From the NCBI GenBank assembly GCA_035328475.1, contig DAOLIP010000005.1, forward strand, positions 9,774 through 73,773: 64,000 nt of DNA, given 5' to 3'. The notes beneath the pieces were generated by a model. The model was not told where the DNA came from, ran no database searches, and worked only from the letters and a program-made list of their open reading frames with translations. Numbering within the stretch: the stretch's first letter is position 1; each line of letters begins with the position of its first letter. The DNA is from Ferruginibacter sp. (GTDB taxonomy: Bacteria > Bacteroidota > Bacteroidia > Chitinophagales > Chitinophagaceae). Below, one piece after another: positions 37,254 through 46,840 of this stretch. A program made the position numbers and the translations under genes.

Positions 37254-40229
37254 ATGAAATTAACAATCAGGATATGTGCTTATATTTTTTTGTTGTCTAT
37301 TTTTAATTTTGCAAATGGACAACGATACCAATTGTTTGCGTTTACAGAGAGAGACGGATTAAGCAGTTATAATGTACAAAGTATTTGCCAGGACAAAAAT
37401 GGATACATATGGATTGGTACCCAGGACGGACTTAATAAATTTAATGGTAAAGATTTTACAATATACAACAAAACCACTACTCCTGCTTTAAGTGGGAATG
37501 ATATCAGGTTTGTAAGTTATGATAGTCTTCGTAAATGCATCTGGGTTTGCAGCTCTAACGGTGGGGTAGATGCGGTTGATCCGGTTAGCGACAGTATTGT
37601 TTTCAGGCTAACTATGGACACCTTAAAAAAATACCTTCCCGACCCAAGTGTTCAAAAAATAGAGATTCTCGGTAATGATGTTTTATGTTTTAATACTCCA
37701 AGCGGCCTGCTATTTTACAATTTAAAGGCAAAAAGGGTAATTACAAATGTATTGCAGCCTTTTAGTACGTCCAGCGTACAAACAAGGTTTGTAAATGGAG
37801 TTTTTTTGTCAAATAAGTCTTTTTACACAGTAACAAGTGGATTAGGAATAACAGTATATGAGGATAAAACCTTAAAACTGCTAAGAGAATATCGGTTTGA
37901 TAATGACATTTCCGGGGCTTTAATATATAGCTGTAGTTTTGATGTTTTTTCACGTAGCATTTTTATCTGTTGCAATAAAGGGCTTTTTAAATTTTCTATA
38001 CGGGATAACAAGATTGAAAAGATTACCTCACTAAAAGATGATTTTCTTGTTTATAATATCTGTAGGCAACAATCCGGGAATGTGATACTTGCAACTACTA
38101 AAGGTATATTTAAGGTAAGTGACAGCTTAACTCAACCTGAACCAATCCGGTTTACAAATGAAGTGGGAATTGATAATTGGGATATTAATGTAAATACAGT
38201 ATATATCGGGAAAGACGGTGAAACATGGTATGGCGCAAGAAAAGGGCTTATGTTGCAATTGCAACATGTAAGCCCTTTTGAAAAATACAGCCTTGATTTA
38301 GTATCAAATATCAAATTAAACCATTTGTACTATTTGAAATTTATTGACAATGAAAACGTTTTAGCATGCGACCTTAGTTCAGTAAGTAAGATTAATCTTA
38401 AATCAGGAAAAATTTCTCAACATAAACCTACGGGCTTCTATTATTACTTTTTTGAGGATAACCTTAATAGAAAATTCATAAGTAAGGATAATGGACTTTT
38501 TTTTGGGACAAGATTTGACGACCCTGGATTAATAAATGCCGATAAAATCTGCCCTGAATTGGCCAAGCTTAGCAAGTATAAATTTAATTCTCATCTCATT
38601 TTGAATGATTCTGTGGTTGTTCTGTGTGCCGAAGAAGATAAGGGTGTTTTTGTCTGGAATACAAAATCCAAAAAAATTTACGGGCTGCTTGAAGGGGCTA
38701 ATACTTTTGAAAGCAAATACTGCAATGGAATAGCTAAAATATCTTCTTCAGCATTTTTAATTGTTACTGACAGTGAATTGGCTCTTTATGATATCCACCA
38801 GAAAGAGATAAGGAAGATAAACATACGGAATGAGAGAAATGAAGACCAACGGTTGTTCCTTGATGTTTCAAAAGTAAATAACGAGTATTGGATTGCAAGT
38901 TATGGTTCCGGGATTTTTATACTTGATTCAGCATTTAAACAGACCGGAGTGATATCTGTCCCTCAAGGGCTGTCGAATAATTGTGTTTATAAAATGATCC
39001 AGGATGGTAAAGGGTACGTGTGGGCGACTACGAATTACGGATTGAACAGGATAAATGAATTGACACATAAAGTCAAAAATTATTTCATAAAAGATGGGTT
39101 ACACAGCAATGCATTTGAAGAATTCAGTGCAGATATAAAAGATGGGCTAATAGTTGTCGGCGGACCGAATGGATTAACCAGAATCGACCCTTCTAAGTTA
39201 TATACTTATGCTTCCCCTAAGCTGTGTTTATTTGAGAATTTGGTTTTGGATGATGGACATAAACAAAAAAAAGTGGCATTAATAGGCATAAGTGAAGTAA
39301 TTATTCCGAATGATATATACAAAGTGGATATTAATACAATATCGATAAATTATGACCTCACTTCAAACAGTAATTATTTTTATAAAATAAAAGAATTGAA
39401 TGATAGCTGGTTCTCGTTGGGAAGCAAAAATACTGTTTCCTTACTTGGCCTTAACCCTGGAATTTATCATCTCCAGGTTAAAGTTGCAAATGATGATGGA
39501 AAAGAGAGTCAGCCCAGCGAACTGATATTGAAATTTTTGCCGCGATGGCATCAAACCTGGTGGTTTTATTTATTAATTGCATTAACAGTTGCTGGGATGC
39601 TTTATGCCTTATACCGCTACCGTATAAGCCAGATAAAAAAACAACATGAAATACGCAAAAACATCGCCACCGACCTTCACGACGACCTGGGCAGCACCCT
39701 CAACAGCGTAAAAGTATTTACCAACCTGGCCATCAGCGGCGTAAAGCAGGAAGAAAGCCTGCAGCAGGTAAAAGATAATTTAACCGAAGCAACCATGAGC
39801 CTGCGGGATATGATTTGGGTGCTGGATGATTCGCTGGATACGGTAGATGAATTGATAACCCGCCTTAAGCAATTTGCCATTCCTGTGGCTGCCGCCAGCA
39901 ATATAGAAGCTATTATAAAAGCTGATAGCGATGTAAACAGCCGGCAGCTTACCAAAGAAGAAAAACGTAACCTGTTTTTAATTTGTAAGGAAGCTGTTAA
40001 CAACAGTATTAAATACTCGGGGGGCAGCCGGATAGAAGTTGATATTACAGCCAGTGGAAAAAAAATACAGATCGTTGTGGGCGATAATGGCAAAGGCTTT
40101 AATGTGGAGGAAGTAAAGAAAGGCTATGGATTAAAAAATATGCAGTACCGGGCAGGACAGGTAAAGTATAAAGCGGAACTTGTTTCTTCGCCCGGTAAAG
40201 GAACGCAGGTAATAATAAAACCAGCCTGA
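37254..40229 (+). CDS. Periplasmic beta-propeller/Y_Y_Y sensor with HisKA_3 kinase
   Basis: Signal peptide; DGLSSYNVQSICQDKNGYIWIGTQDGLNKFNG repeats; GIYHLQVK; PRWHQTWWF TM; RKNIATDLHDDLGSTL; DNGKGF; GYGLKNM. Start taken at ATG 37254. Confidence 0.93.
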   Translation: MKLTIRICAYIFLLSIFNFANGQRYQLFAFTERDGLSSYNVQSICQDKNGYIWIGTQDGLNKFNGKDFTIYNKTTTPALSGNDIRFVSYDSLRKCIWVCSSNGGVDAVDPVSDSIVFRLTMDTLKKYLPDPSVQKIEILGNDVLCFNTPSGLLFYNLKAKRVITNVLQPFSTSSVQTRFVNGVFLSNKSFYTVTSGLGITVYEDKTLKLLREYRFDNDISGALIYSCSFDVFSRSIFICCNKGLFKFSIRDNKIEKITSLKDDFLVYNICRQQSGNVILATTKGIFKVSDSLTQPEPIRFTNEVGIDNWDINVNTVYIGKDGETWYGARKGLMLQLQHVSPFEKYSLDLVSNIKLNHLYYLKFIDNENVLACDLSSVSKINLKSGKISQHKPTGFYYYFFEDNLNRKFISKDNGLFFGTRFDDPGLINADKICPELAKLSKYKFNSHLILNDSVVVLCAEEDKGVFVWNTKSKKIYGLLEGANTFESKYCNGIAKISSSAFLIVTDSELALYDIHQKEIRKINIRNERNEDQRLFLDVSKVNNEYWIASYGSGIFILDSAFKQTGVISVPQGLSNNCVYKMIQDGKGYVWATTNYGLNRINELTHKVKNYFIKDGLHSNAFEEFSADIKDGLIVVGGPNGLTRIDPSKLYTYASPKLCLFENLVLDDGHKQKKVALIGISEVIIPNDIYKVDINTISINYDLTSNSNYFYKIKELNDSWFSLGSKNTVSLLGLNPGIYHLQVKVANDDGKESQPSELILKFLPRWHQTWWFYLLIALTVAGMLYALYRYRISQIKKQHEIRKNIATDLHDDLGSTLNSVKVFTNLAISGVKQEESLQQVKDNLTEATMSLRDMIWVLDDSLDTVDELITRLKQFAIPVAAASNIEAIIKADSDVNSRQLTKEEKRNLFLICKEAVNNSIKYSGGSRIEVDITASGKKIQIVVGDNGKGFNVEEVKKGYGLKNMQYRAGQVKYKAELVSSPGKGTQVIIKPA

Positions 40230-40236
40230 TGATTGT

Positions 40237-43200
40237 TTACAATTCCAGGTTATCGGCCATTAATTCGGCCTGCTTTAAAACCGTATCAATTGCTTTTTGC
40301 TGTTTATCGGGTGGGTAACCATATTTGGTAAGCGTTCGTTTTACCAATACCATCAGCTTAGCTCTTGCACTTTCACGGATGGCCCAGTCAATGGTAGTAT
40401 TCGCTTTTACTTTTTCTGCGATCTCCCTGGCAATTAGCCGCAGCTGGTCATCGCCCAAAACCTGCACGGCGCTGTCATTTACTTCCAGTGCATTGTAAAA
40501 TGCAACTTCATTTTGTGTAAGGCCCAGGCGCTCTCCTTCGGCATCAGCTTCTTTAATTTCTTTTGCAATATTGATGAGTTCCTGAATGATTTCGGCTGTG
40601 GTTAATAAATTATTCTGGTAGCGTTTTATAGCCCCTTCCAGCATCTCCAGCAGCTTTTTACTTTTTACCAGGTTTGTTTTGGCCCTTGCTTTTATTTCAT
40701 CATTCAGTATCTTCTTTAATAATTCAAGCGCCAGGTTCTTGTGCTGCATGCCTTTTACTTCCTGCAAAAATTCATCAGAGAGGATAGATATATCCGGTTT
40801 GCTGATACCGGCTGCTTCAAAAATATCTATCACCTTATCGCTGCTTAATGCTTCGTCTACTATTTGTTTAATGGCCGTTTCAATCTGTATGTCCGATCTC
40901 CCCGGCCCGGTTCCCTCAAACTTTGCCAGCCTGGCTTTCATTGCCTGGAAAAAGGCAACTTCGGCTAAATGCGGCTGTACTTCATCTCTTGTAACACATA
41001 GCGATAATGCCTGGCTCAGCAGACTCACTTCACGGACAAACCTCTCTTTGCCTTCCTGCAATCCCATAATATGTTCTTCGGCCTGCAGAATGATGGAGAG
41101 CTTTTCCCTGGAATCTACTTTAAAAAACCTGCGGTAATTAAACTTAAAACTTTTTTCATAGTATGCTTCCGGCTCTTCAACCAATATATCTTTTTGTGTT
41201 TTGCTTTCTTCATTAAACATCTGCTGAATGAGTTCCAGCTTTTCCAGGAACACTTCAACAGCTTTGACAATGTTCTCTGCAGGATCGCCCTTGCCACCGG
41301 CTTCGCCATAAAAGGAAAGCGCTTTTTTAAGATCCATGCCAATGCCGAGGTAATCTACCACCAGTCCGCCGGGCTTATCTTTAAAAACACGGTTAACACG
41401 GGCAATGGCCTGCATCAGGTTGTGGCCACGCATGGGCTTATCTACATACATGGTATTTAAACAGGGGGCATCAAAACCAGTGAGCCACATATCCCTTACA
41501 ATTACAATCTTCAGTTCATCGGCAGGGTCTTTCATCCGGTCTGATAAATCACGGCGCTGTTGTTTGGTAGTGTAGTGTTTTGCAATTTCGGGCCCATCGG
41601 CACTGTTGGTTGTCATTACCGCTTTAATAACACCCTTTGTTATATCATCGCTATGCCACTGCGGCCGCAATGCAATGATCGCTGCGTAAATATCTGCCGC
41701 AATCCGGCGGCTCATTGCTACAATCATAGCCTTGCCTTCAAAAACAGTCTGCCGCTTTTCAAAATGAGTAACAATGTCATTTGCCAGGTTTTTAACCCGG
41801 TCTTTATTACCAACAATGGCTTCCAGTTTTGTCCACTTGGCTTTTGCTTTTTGTTTTTCAGTGATTTCTTCATCCTGTTCCAACTCTTCGTCAAACTCTT
41901 CTATCAGGCGCTTACCATCTTCATCTAAATTTACTTTTGCCAGGCGGCTTTCGTAATAAATTCTTACAGTGGCACCATCGGTTACTGCATCTTTAATATC
42001 GTACCGGTCAATATAATTTCCAAAAACCTGCGGCGTGTTTACATCAGTGCCTTCAATGGGTGTGCCGGTGAAACCGATGTAAGTGGCATTGGGCAGGGCA
42101 TCCCGCATGTACTTGGCAAAGCCATAGGCAATGCGTTTGCCAATCACTTCTTTGGTTGCAGCATCTTTTTCATCAACCAGCCTGGCTTCAAAACCATATT
42201 GTGTGCGGTGAGCTTCATCGGCAATAACCACTATGTTTTTTCTACTGCTCAACTGGTCGTACACCGATTTGTTGCCATCGGGCATAAATTTTTGAATGGT
42301 GGTAAATACAATGCCGCCACTGGCCACCTGCAGCAGTTGTTTTAAATGTTCCCGGCTTTGCGCCTGCACCGGCTCCTGCCGAAGCAACTGAACAGATGCT
42401 GCAAAACTGTCGAACAACTGATCGTCCAGGTCATTTCTATCTGTAATTACCACAATGGTTGGGTTGCTCATTTCGGGTGCAGTAATGAGCTTGCCGGAAT
42501 AAAAGACCATGCTCAAACTTTTACCAGAGCCCTGTGTATGCCAAACCACACCACCCCGTTTGTCGCCATTAACGCCCGATGCATTAATGGAAGACTGCAC
42601 CGCTTTATTTACAGCATAATACTGGTGATAGGCTGCTAGTTTCTTTTCAGTTTGTATTTGTATCAGCCCTGTTTTTGCGTCTTCCTTTTTTGTTTTTTCA
42701 AATACAATAAAATTCCGAACCAGGTCCAACAGGGTAGCAGGTTGCATCATGCCCTGCAATAAAATCTGCAACTGCGGTTTAAACCGGGAAGCTTCTTTAA
42801 TACCATCGGCTGTTTTCCAGGTCATGTAACGGCTAAAGTCTGCCGACACACTGCCGGCCTTGCATTCCAGTCCATCAGAAATAATACAGACGGCATTGTA
42901 CGTAAACAGGCCGGGTATGATGGCTTTGTAGGTTTGCAGTTGTTTGTATGCACTCAGTAAACCGGCATTTTCATCGGCCGCATTTTTAAGTTCTATCACC
43001 ACCAGCGGCAAACCATTTACAAACAGCAGCACATCGGGCCGTTTGTTCTGGTTGTTTTCGATGATGGTATATTGATTAACCACCAGGAACTGGTTGTTGC
43101 CTGTGTTTTCAAAATCGATCAATGCCACTTCATGGCTGCGTTCGTACCCGTTTTGCTGGTACGGGATCTTTACTTTCTCAACCAGCAGCTTGTGAAACTC

Positions 43201-43461
43201 TTCGTTATTGTGCAGCAATACCGGCGAATAGATACGCAATACTTTCTGCACAGCTGCCTCCTGTGCATCGGCCGGTATGTGGGGGTTTATTTTTGCAATG
43301 GCGGTACGTAACCGGTTGGTAAGAATGATCTGCTGGTAATTTTCCCGTTCGCAAAAAAGGCCCTCGGGCGAAAGCTCTTTACCATTGGCATAATCCCATC
43401 CCTGCGATTGCAGCAGCTCAATGGCCGACTGCTCAATGATATTTTCGGTGATGGGTTTCAT
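40237..43461 (-). CDS. hsdR: Type I restriction enzyme R subunit
   Basis: PDVLLFVNGLPLVVIELK nuclease motif, WHTQGSGKS Walker A, IADEAHRTQY, FTGTP, IVRDMWLTGFDAP, QAIARVNR. Confidence 0.97.
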   Translation of the reverse strand: MKPITENIIEQSAIELLQSQGWDYANGKELSPEGLFCERENYQQIILTNRLRTAIAKINPHIPADAQEAAVQKVLRIYSPVLLHNNEEFHKLLVEKVKIPYQQNGYERSHEVALIDFENTGNNQFLVVNQYTIIENNQNKRPDVLLFVNGLPLVVIELKNAADENAGLLSAYKQLQTYKAIIPGLFTYNAVCIISDGLECKAGSVSADFSRYMTWKTADGIKEASRFKPQLQILLQGMMQPATLLDLVRNFIVFEKTKKEDAKTGLIQIQTEKKLAAYHQYYAVNKAVQSSINASGVNGDKRGGVVWHTQGSGKSLSMVFYSGKLITAPEMSNPTIVVITDRNDLDDQLFDSFAASVQLLRQEPVQAQSREHLKQLLQVASGGIVFTTIQKFMPDGNKSVYDQLSSRKNIVVIADEAHRTQYGFEARLVDEKDAATKEVIGKRIAYGFAKYMRDALPNATYIGFTGTPIEGTDVNTPQVFGNYIDRYDIKDAVTDGATVRIYYESRLAKVNLDEDGKRLIEEFDEELEQDEEITEKQKAKAKWTKLEAIVGNKDRVKNLANDIVTHFEKRQTVFEGKAMIVAMSRRIAADIYAAIIALRPQWHSDDITKGVIKAVMTTNSADGPEIAKHYTTKQQRRDLSDRMKDPADELKIVIVRDMWLTGFDAPCLNTMYVDKPMRGHNLMQAIARVNRVFKDKPGGLVVDYLGIGMDLKKALSFYGEAGGKGDPAENIVKAVEVFLEKLELIQQMFNEESKTQKDILVEEPEAYYEKSFKFNYRRFFKVDSREKLSIILQAEEHIMGLQEGKERFVREVSLLSQALSLCVTRDEVQPHLAEVAFFQAMKARLAKFEGTGPGRSDIQIETAIKQIVDEALSSDKVIDIFEAAGISKPDISILSDEFLQEVKGMQHKNLALELLKKILNDEIKARAKTNLVKSKKLLEMLEGAIKRYQNNLLTTAEIIQELINIAKEIKEADAEGERLGLTQNEVAFYNALEVNDSAVQVLGDDQLRLIAREIAEKVKANTTIDWAIRESARAKLMVLVKRTLTKYGYPPDKQQKAIDTVLKQAELMADNLEL

Positions 43462-43480
43462 TCTGAATTAAATATAATAT

Positions 43481-43511
43481 AAAAGCCGTTAGCAGGGGCT
43501 AACGGCTTTTT
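43481..43511 (-). terminator. Intrinsic terminator after the cargo genes, upstream of hsdR
   Basis: AAAAGCCGTTAGC/GCTAACGGCTTTT perfect 13-bp stem with a 4-nt loop. Confidence 0.85.
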
Positions 43512-43544
43512 AAAACTGCAAAATACAGTAGATTTTATTATTCT

Positions 43545-44039
43545 TTAATGTTGTGAGGATATCGATATTTCAACAGTGGCCTGTCCCTCGGAAGGTTTAA
43601 CAATACTCAAAGTTATAAGCCAGTTTTTTGCAGAATCTTCATAACTACTTTTAAACCCATTGTCAATCAAAACAGGCGTTGGGGGGGATCCGAATGGTTG
43701 AAGGTTTAACGAATTAATCTCTGAAATGTATTTACTATACAAAGCATCTGTGTAGCCAAATTTATACAATACCTTTTTTATTGTAACAAACCTTTTAAAT
43801 GTAAAGAAATTGTAACGAACATACTTATAAGATATAAAGTCGGAGTTTGATGAAATTTCACCAAGGCTGTATTCCTTTTGAATAAGAGTTTGATTAATTG
43901 TTAACAAATCGGCCTGGGCAAGATTTATCAGTAAGCTTAATTTTAAAAATTTTTCATCATCTTTTGATATATCAGTTGATTGCCCCCATACTGTGATGCC
44001 AAAGAGCATCACTACAATTATTGGGATAATTTTTTTCAT
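43545..44039 (-). CDS. Secreted hypothetical protein (start probably ATG 44039)
   Basis: MKKIIPIIVVMLFGITVWGQ signal peptide; AT-rich. Confidence 0.7.
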   Translation of the reverse strand: MKKIIPIIVVMLFGITVWGQSTDISKDDEKFLKLSLLINLAQADLLTINQTLIQKEYSLGEISSNSDFISYKYVRYNFFTFKRFVTIKKVLYKFGYTDALYSKYISEINSLNLQPFGSPPTPVLIDNGFKSSYEDSAKNWLITLSIVKPSEGQATVEISISSQH

Positions 44040-44058
44040 AACATCAAATTTAGAAAAA

Positions 44059-44319
44059 TTAATTAGTTGGTTTTGTTTCTGGCAAACACTTCCATTCTGC
44101 ACGACCGTTTGTAATTACTAAAGTCCGGATTTGCCAGCTATGAGGGCATCCATCAGCAGTCCCGGCCACGCTAGTTAAAGCGCTAATGGTTTTGGGCTGA
44201 AGTTGAATTTCTGTGATCTTTTGCCCGGGGAAATCGTGTTCTTTAAGTAATTTATTCATGGCCGACAGCAACTTTTTTGTTTGTGCGGCTGTTGCCATCG
44301 TTGTAGGTTTTTTTGGCAT
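44059..44319 (-). CDS. Small hypothetical protein with a two-Cys C-terminal segment
   Basis: 86 aa, 3 nt after the upstream stop; ends GCPHSWQIRTLVITNGRAEWKCLPETKPTN. Confidence 0.6.
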   Translation of the reverse strand: MPKKPTTMATAAQTKKLLSAMNKLLKEHDFPGQKITEIQLQPKTISALTSVAGTADGCPHSWQIRTLVITNGRAEWKCLPETKPTN

Positions 44320-44322
44320 GGC

Positions 44323-45048
44323 TTATTGATTTACGGTTAATAATAAAGCGTCAGTAATGTTGGTTTTATTTCCATTTTCATCAAGTAAAGTTGCCCTTAT
44401 CTTTATCTGTGTTCCAACAAGATGTGCAAATGCTGAATAGTAGGTACTCAAAATTGAACTATCGCCGGTAGTTGTGATAGGTTGCCTGTATTGCCCGCTT
44501 GCGGGACCGGTTAATACAGAATCCTGAAACAAAACGGTATAACCTTCTGAAACAAATTTACCCGAAGCATTCAATAGCTTTCCTGTTATAAAAACCTCAT
44601 TCAGATGGTTTGATGCAATACCAAATGATGACGTAGACAGTTTTATTGAAAAAGGAATAGATTTTTTGGCAGGTATCGAATCTGAGAGAATAAATTCACC
44701 TACAGGGCTGTTGAATTCAGGCTTTACCGAAACTACAATATTGCCTGGCTTTGTTGAAGCCTTTAAAGTTGCTTTTGCTACCAGGATACCGTTTTCATAT
44801 TCGGCTTTGGCGGTGTATTTATTATTGCCACTTGCAGTAAAAACACCTGATAAAGTTGAAAAAACAACCGTTCTCCTGTCGTCACTGCTTTTATCTGAAA
44901 GTTCAACACTTATATTTACAGTTGACTGCCCGTCTGCCGGAATTTCGGGCTGACTGAATTTAAGATTTTTAATAACCTTATCAACCGGAACTTTTTTACA
45001 ATTGGTTAATGTTATTACGGCCAGTAAAAAAAGAGTTAAGTATCTCAT
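44323..45048 (-). CDS. Lipoprotein with invasin/Big_1-like Ig domains
   Basis: Lipobox LTNC; IPADGQSTVNISV...VVFSTLSGVF...AKATLKASTKPGNIVVSV; start overlaps the upstream stop by 4 nt. Confidence 0.75.
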   Translation of the reverse strand: MRYLTLFLLAVITLTNCKKVPVDKVIKNLKFSQPEIPADGQSTVNISVELSDKSSDDRRTVVFSTLSGVFTASGNNKYTAKAEYENGILVAKATLKASTKPGNIVVSVKPEFNSPVGEFILSDSIPAKKSIPFSIKLSTSSFGIASNHLNEVFITGKLLNASGKFVSEGYTVLFQDSVLTGPASGQYRQPITTTGDSSILSTYYSAFAHLVGTQIKIRATLLDENGNKTNITDALLLTVNQ

Positions 45049-46724
45049 TTGAATAAAATGTTTGTTATATCTTTTAAACTCTGGATAAAATCCATATCAA
45101 CAGATGCAGACAAATAGGCACCGGGAACTACTTTCTTTTCTGAAATCAAAGGATTGTTGGAGGTCCTTTTTAACAATGCTACCCCTGCACTTACTTTAAA
45201 ACCACGGGCAAAACGGTATGCCGGACCTATCAATAATGATGTGCCATTGTAAAAATTATCAAAATCTTTATTCTGCATGGTACCTAGTGTAATGCCTACA
45301 TTGAGGCATAAATGCTGCCATATAGACCATTTGGTTACAATCCCATAGTCTGGCCCATACATATTACCAGACATTTCTTTAACCGAGCCATCGGCGTTTC
45401 GGGAAAGCACTTCTTTGTGGCAGCCGCAATATTTTTTAGGGTTAAGCTTCTTTTTACAGGGAAAATGACCCCTACGGGTATTTTTATCAATAGGCCTGAA
45501 GTAAATGCTGGCGCCAAAATATAGTTTAGGGATGTAAACAGCTTTGTTGGTAACACCCGGTACAATAATATTGGTAATGCCTGCGTCTAGAAACAGCACA
45601 TTTCCTCCGGCGGTCTTTAAATCACTTGATAGTGTGTTTCCTGCAAGATAAAATCCCTCCCTTATTCTTGTATCATCATTAATTTCACTGTTGATTGCAC
45701 CCATTTTTTCACTAAGAAAACTGTAATTAGATTTCAGATTATTTTTTATTGTGTTTACAGCTTTTCTTAAATCATTAACATCAATAGGAAGGGCACCAGG
45801 TGTAATGGTAACTATACCATCGGTTTTTGAAATTACCCTGTCTAAACGTTTAAATACCGAGTCGAAGAAAGCGATGCTCGATTCCATATTCTTTAACCTG
45901 GTTTGCCCGGAGTGTATATTGGTCAATGATTCTTCATCGGTTAAAAAAACACTGTTTATATCTATCAGCCCGTTTTGTATTTGAGGCCACAGTTTGCGTT
46001 TTGATGCTTCCATTAAAATATCGCCATGCATGAAATCGGAAACGGAACGGCTTGTTGCAATGTCAATTGCCCTAACCTCATCTTCGGTAAGGGTGCCTGC
46101 GGTAGCAAATTTTGAAGCATCGGCAATATTGGTATAATGGGTTGCCAGCTTTGCAGTATAAAATTCTTTATAAGCCTCAAAGCTTGTAAAGGCAAACACA
46201 GTTCTGTTATGAATTTTATCAATTAAACTGATTAGTAAAGTATTAAAAGCATTATGGGCTGCAACATCATTTGAAGCCGATATAAGTGAATTGATTTTTA
46301 AAAGCGAATTACGGTTTGCAGGCTGCAGATAGGAGAACACCATTATATCGAAATCTATATTAGGCCGCAGCGGCGGAAAAAATACCTGCAGGGTATCGCT
46401 GTAGGGGCTGAATTTTAACTCCATATCAACAATGGCATCATTCTTTTTCCGCCCATCACAATCAGTGTATTTATTTGTGCAAAGCTCCCTTTTGCCCTGT
46501 TTGTATGCCGCTTCAAAGGCTTCTACTTTTTCAACACTTTTTGATGATATTTTTTCAACAACAAGTGTAAATGAATGGTCAAAAGGTATTGGTTTATCGG
46601 TTTTATGTGTAGCCAGATCATATTTAATTAAGTAATCGGAATGGAACGGTGTTTGGCTTAACAGGGGATGAGTAAAAAATAGGCAGATAATTGAAAGTAA
46701 TATGCTTAAAGTAATTTTATTCAT
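45045..46724 (-). CDS. Secreted hypothetical protein, possibly with a C-terminal outer-membrane beta region
   Basis: Signal peptide; helical middle; alternating beta strands near the C-terminus; Cys-rich inserts. Confidence 0.72.
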   Translation of the reverse strand: MNKITLSILLSIICLFFTHPLLSQTPFHSDYLIKYDLATHKTDKPIPFDHSFTLVVEKISSKSVEKVEAFEAAYKQGKRELCTNKYTDCDGRKKNDAIVDMELKFSPYSDTLQVFFPPLRPNIDFDIMVFSYLQPANRNSLLKINSLISASNDVAAHNAFNTLLISLIDKIHNRTVFAFTSFEAYKEFYTAKLATHYTNIADASKFATAGTLTEDEVRAIDIATSRSVSDFMHGDILMEASKRKLWPQIQNGLIDINSVFLTDEESLTNIHSGQTRLKNMESSIAFFDSVFKRLDRVISKTDGIVTITPGALPIDVNDLRKAVNTIKNNLKSNYSFLSEKMGAINSEINDDTRIREGFYLAGNTLSSDLKTAGGNVLFLDAGITNIIVPGVTNKAVYIPKLYFGASIYFRPIDKNTRRGHFPCKKKLNPKKYCGCHKEVLSRNADGSVKEMSGNMYGPDYGIVTKWSIWQHLCLNVGITLGTMQNKDFDNFYNGTSLLIGPAYRFARGFKVSAGVALLKRTSNNPLISEKKVVPGAYLSASVDMDFIQSLKDITNILFK

Positions 46725-46840
46725 AAGTAGTTAGTGTTTGATTTATCCCCGTTCTAAAAAAAGCAGCCTGGCAAAATACGTAACAAAGAAAACAACTGTT
46801 TTGCATTATTGCAACCGCAATTTAACCCTTTTGTGTACCG

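Noticed and set aside
43518-46780. GCAAAATAC repeated on both sides of the hsd cargo
   Set aside because: CAAAATAC also occurs in other intergenic regions (near 10445 and 35277), so it is more likely a recurrent promoter-like motif than an insertion boundary.
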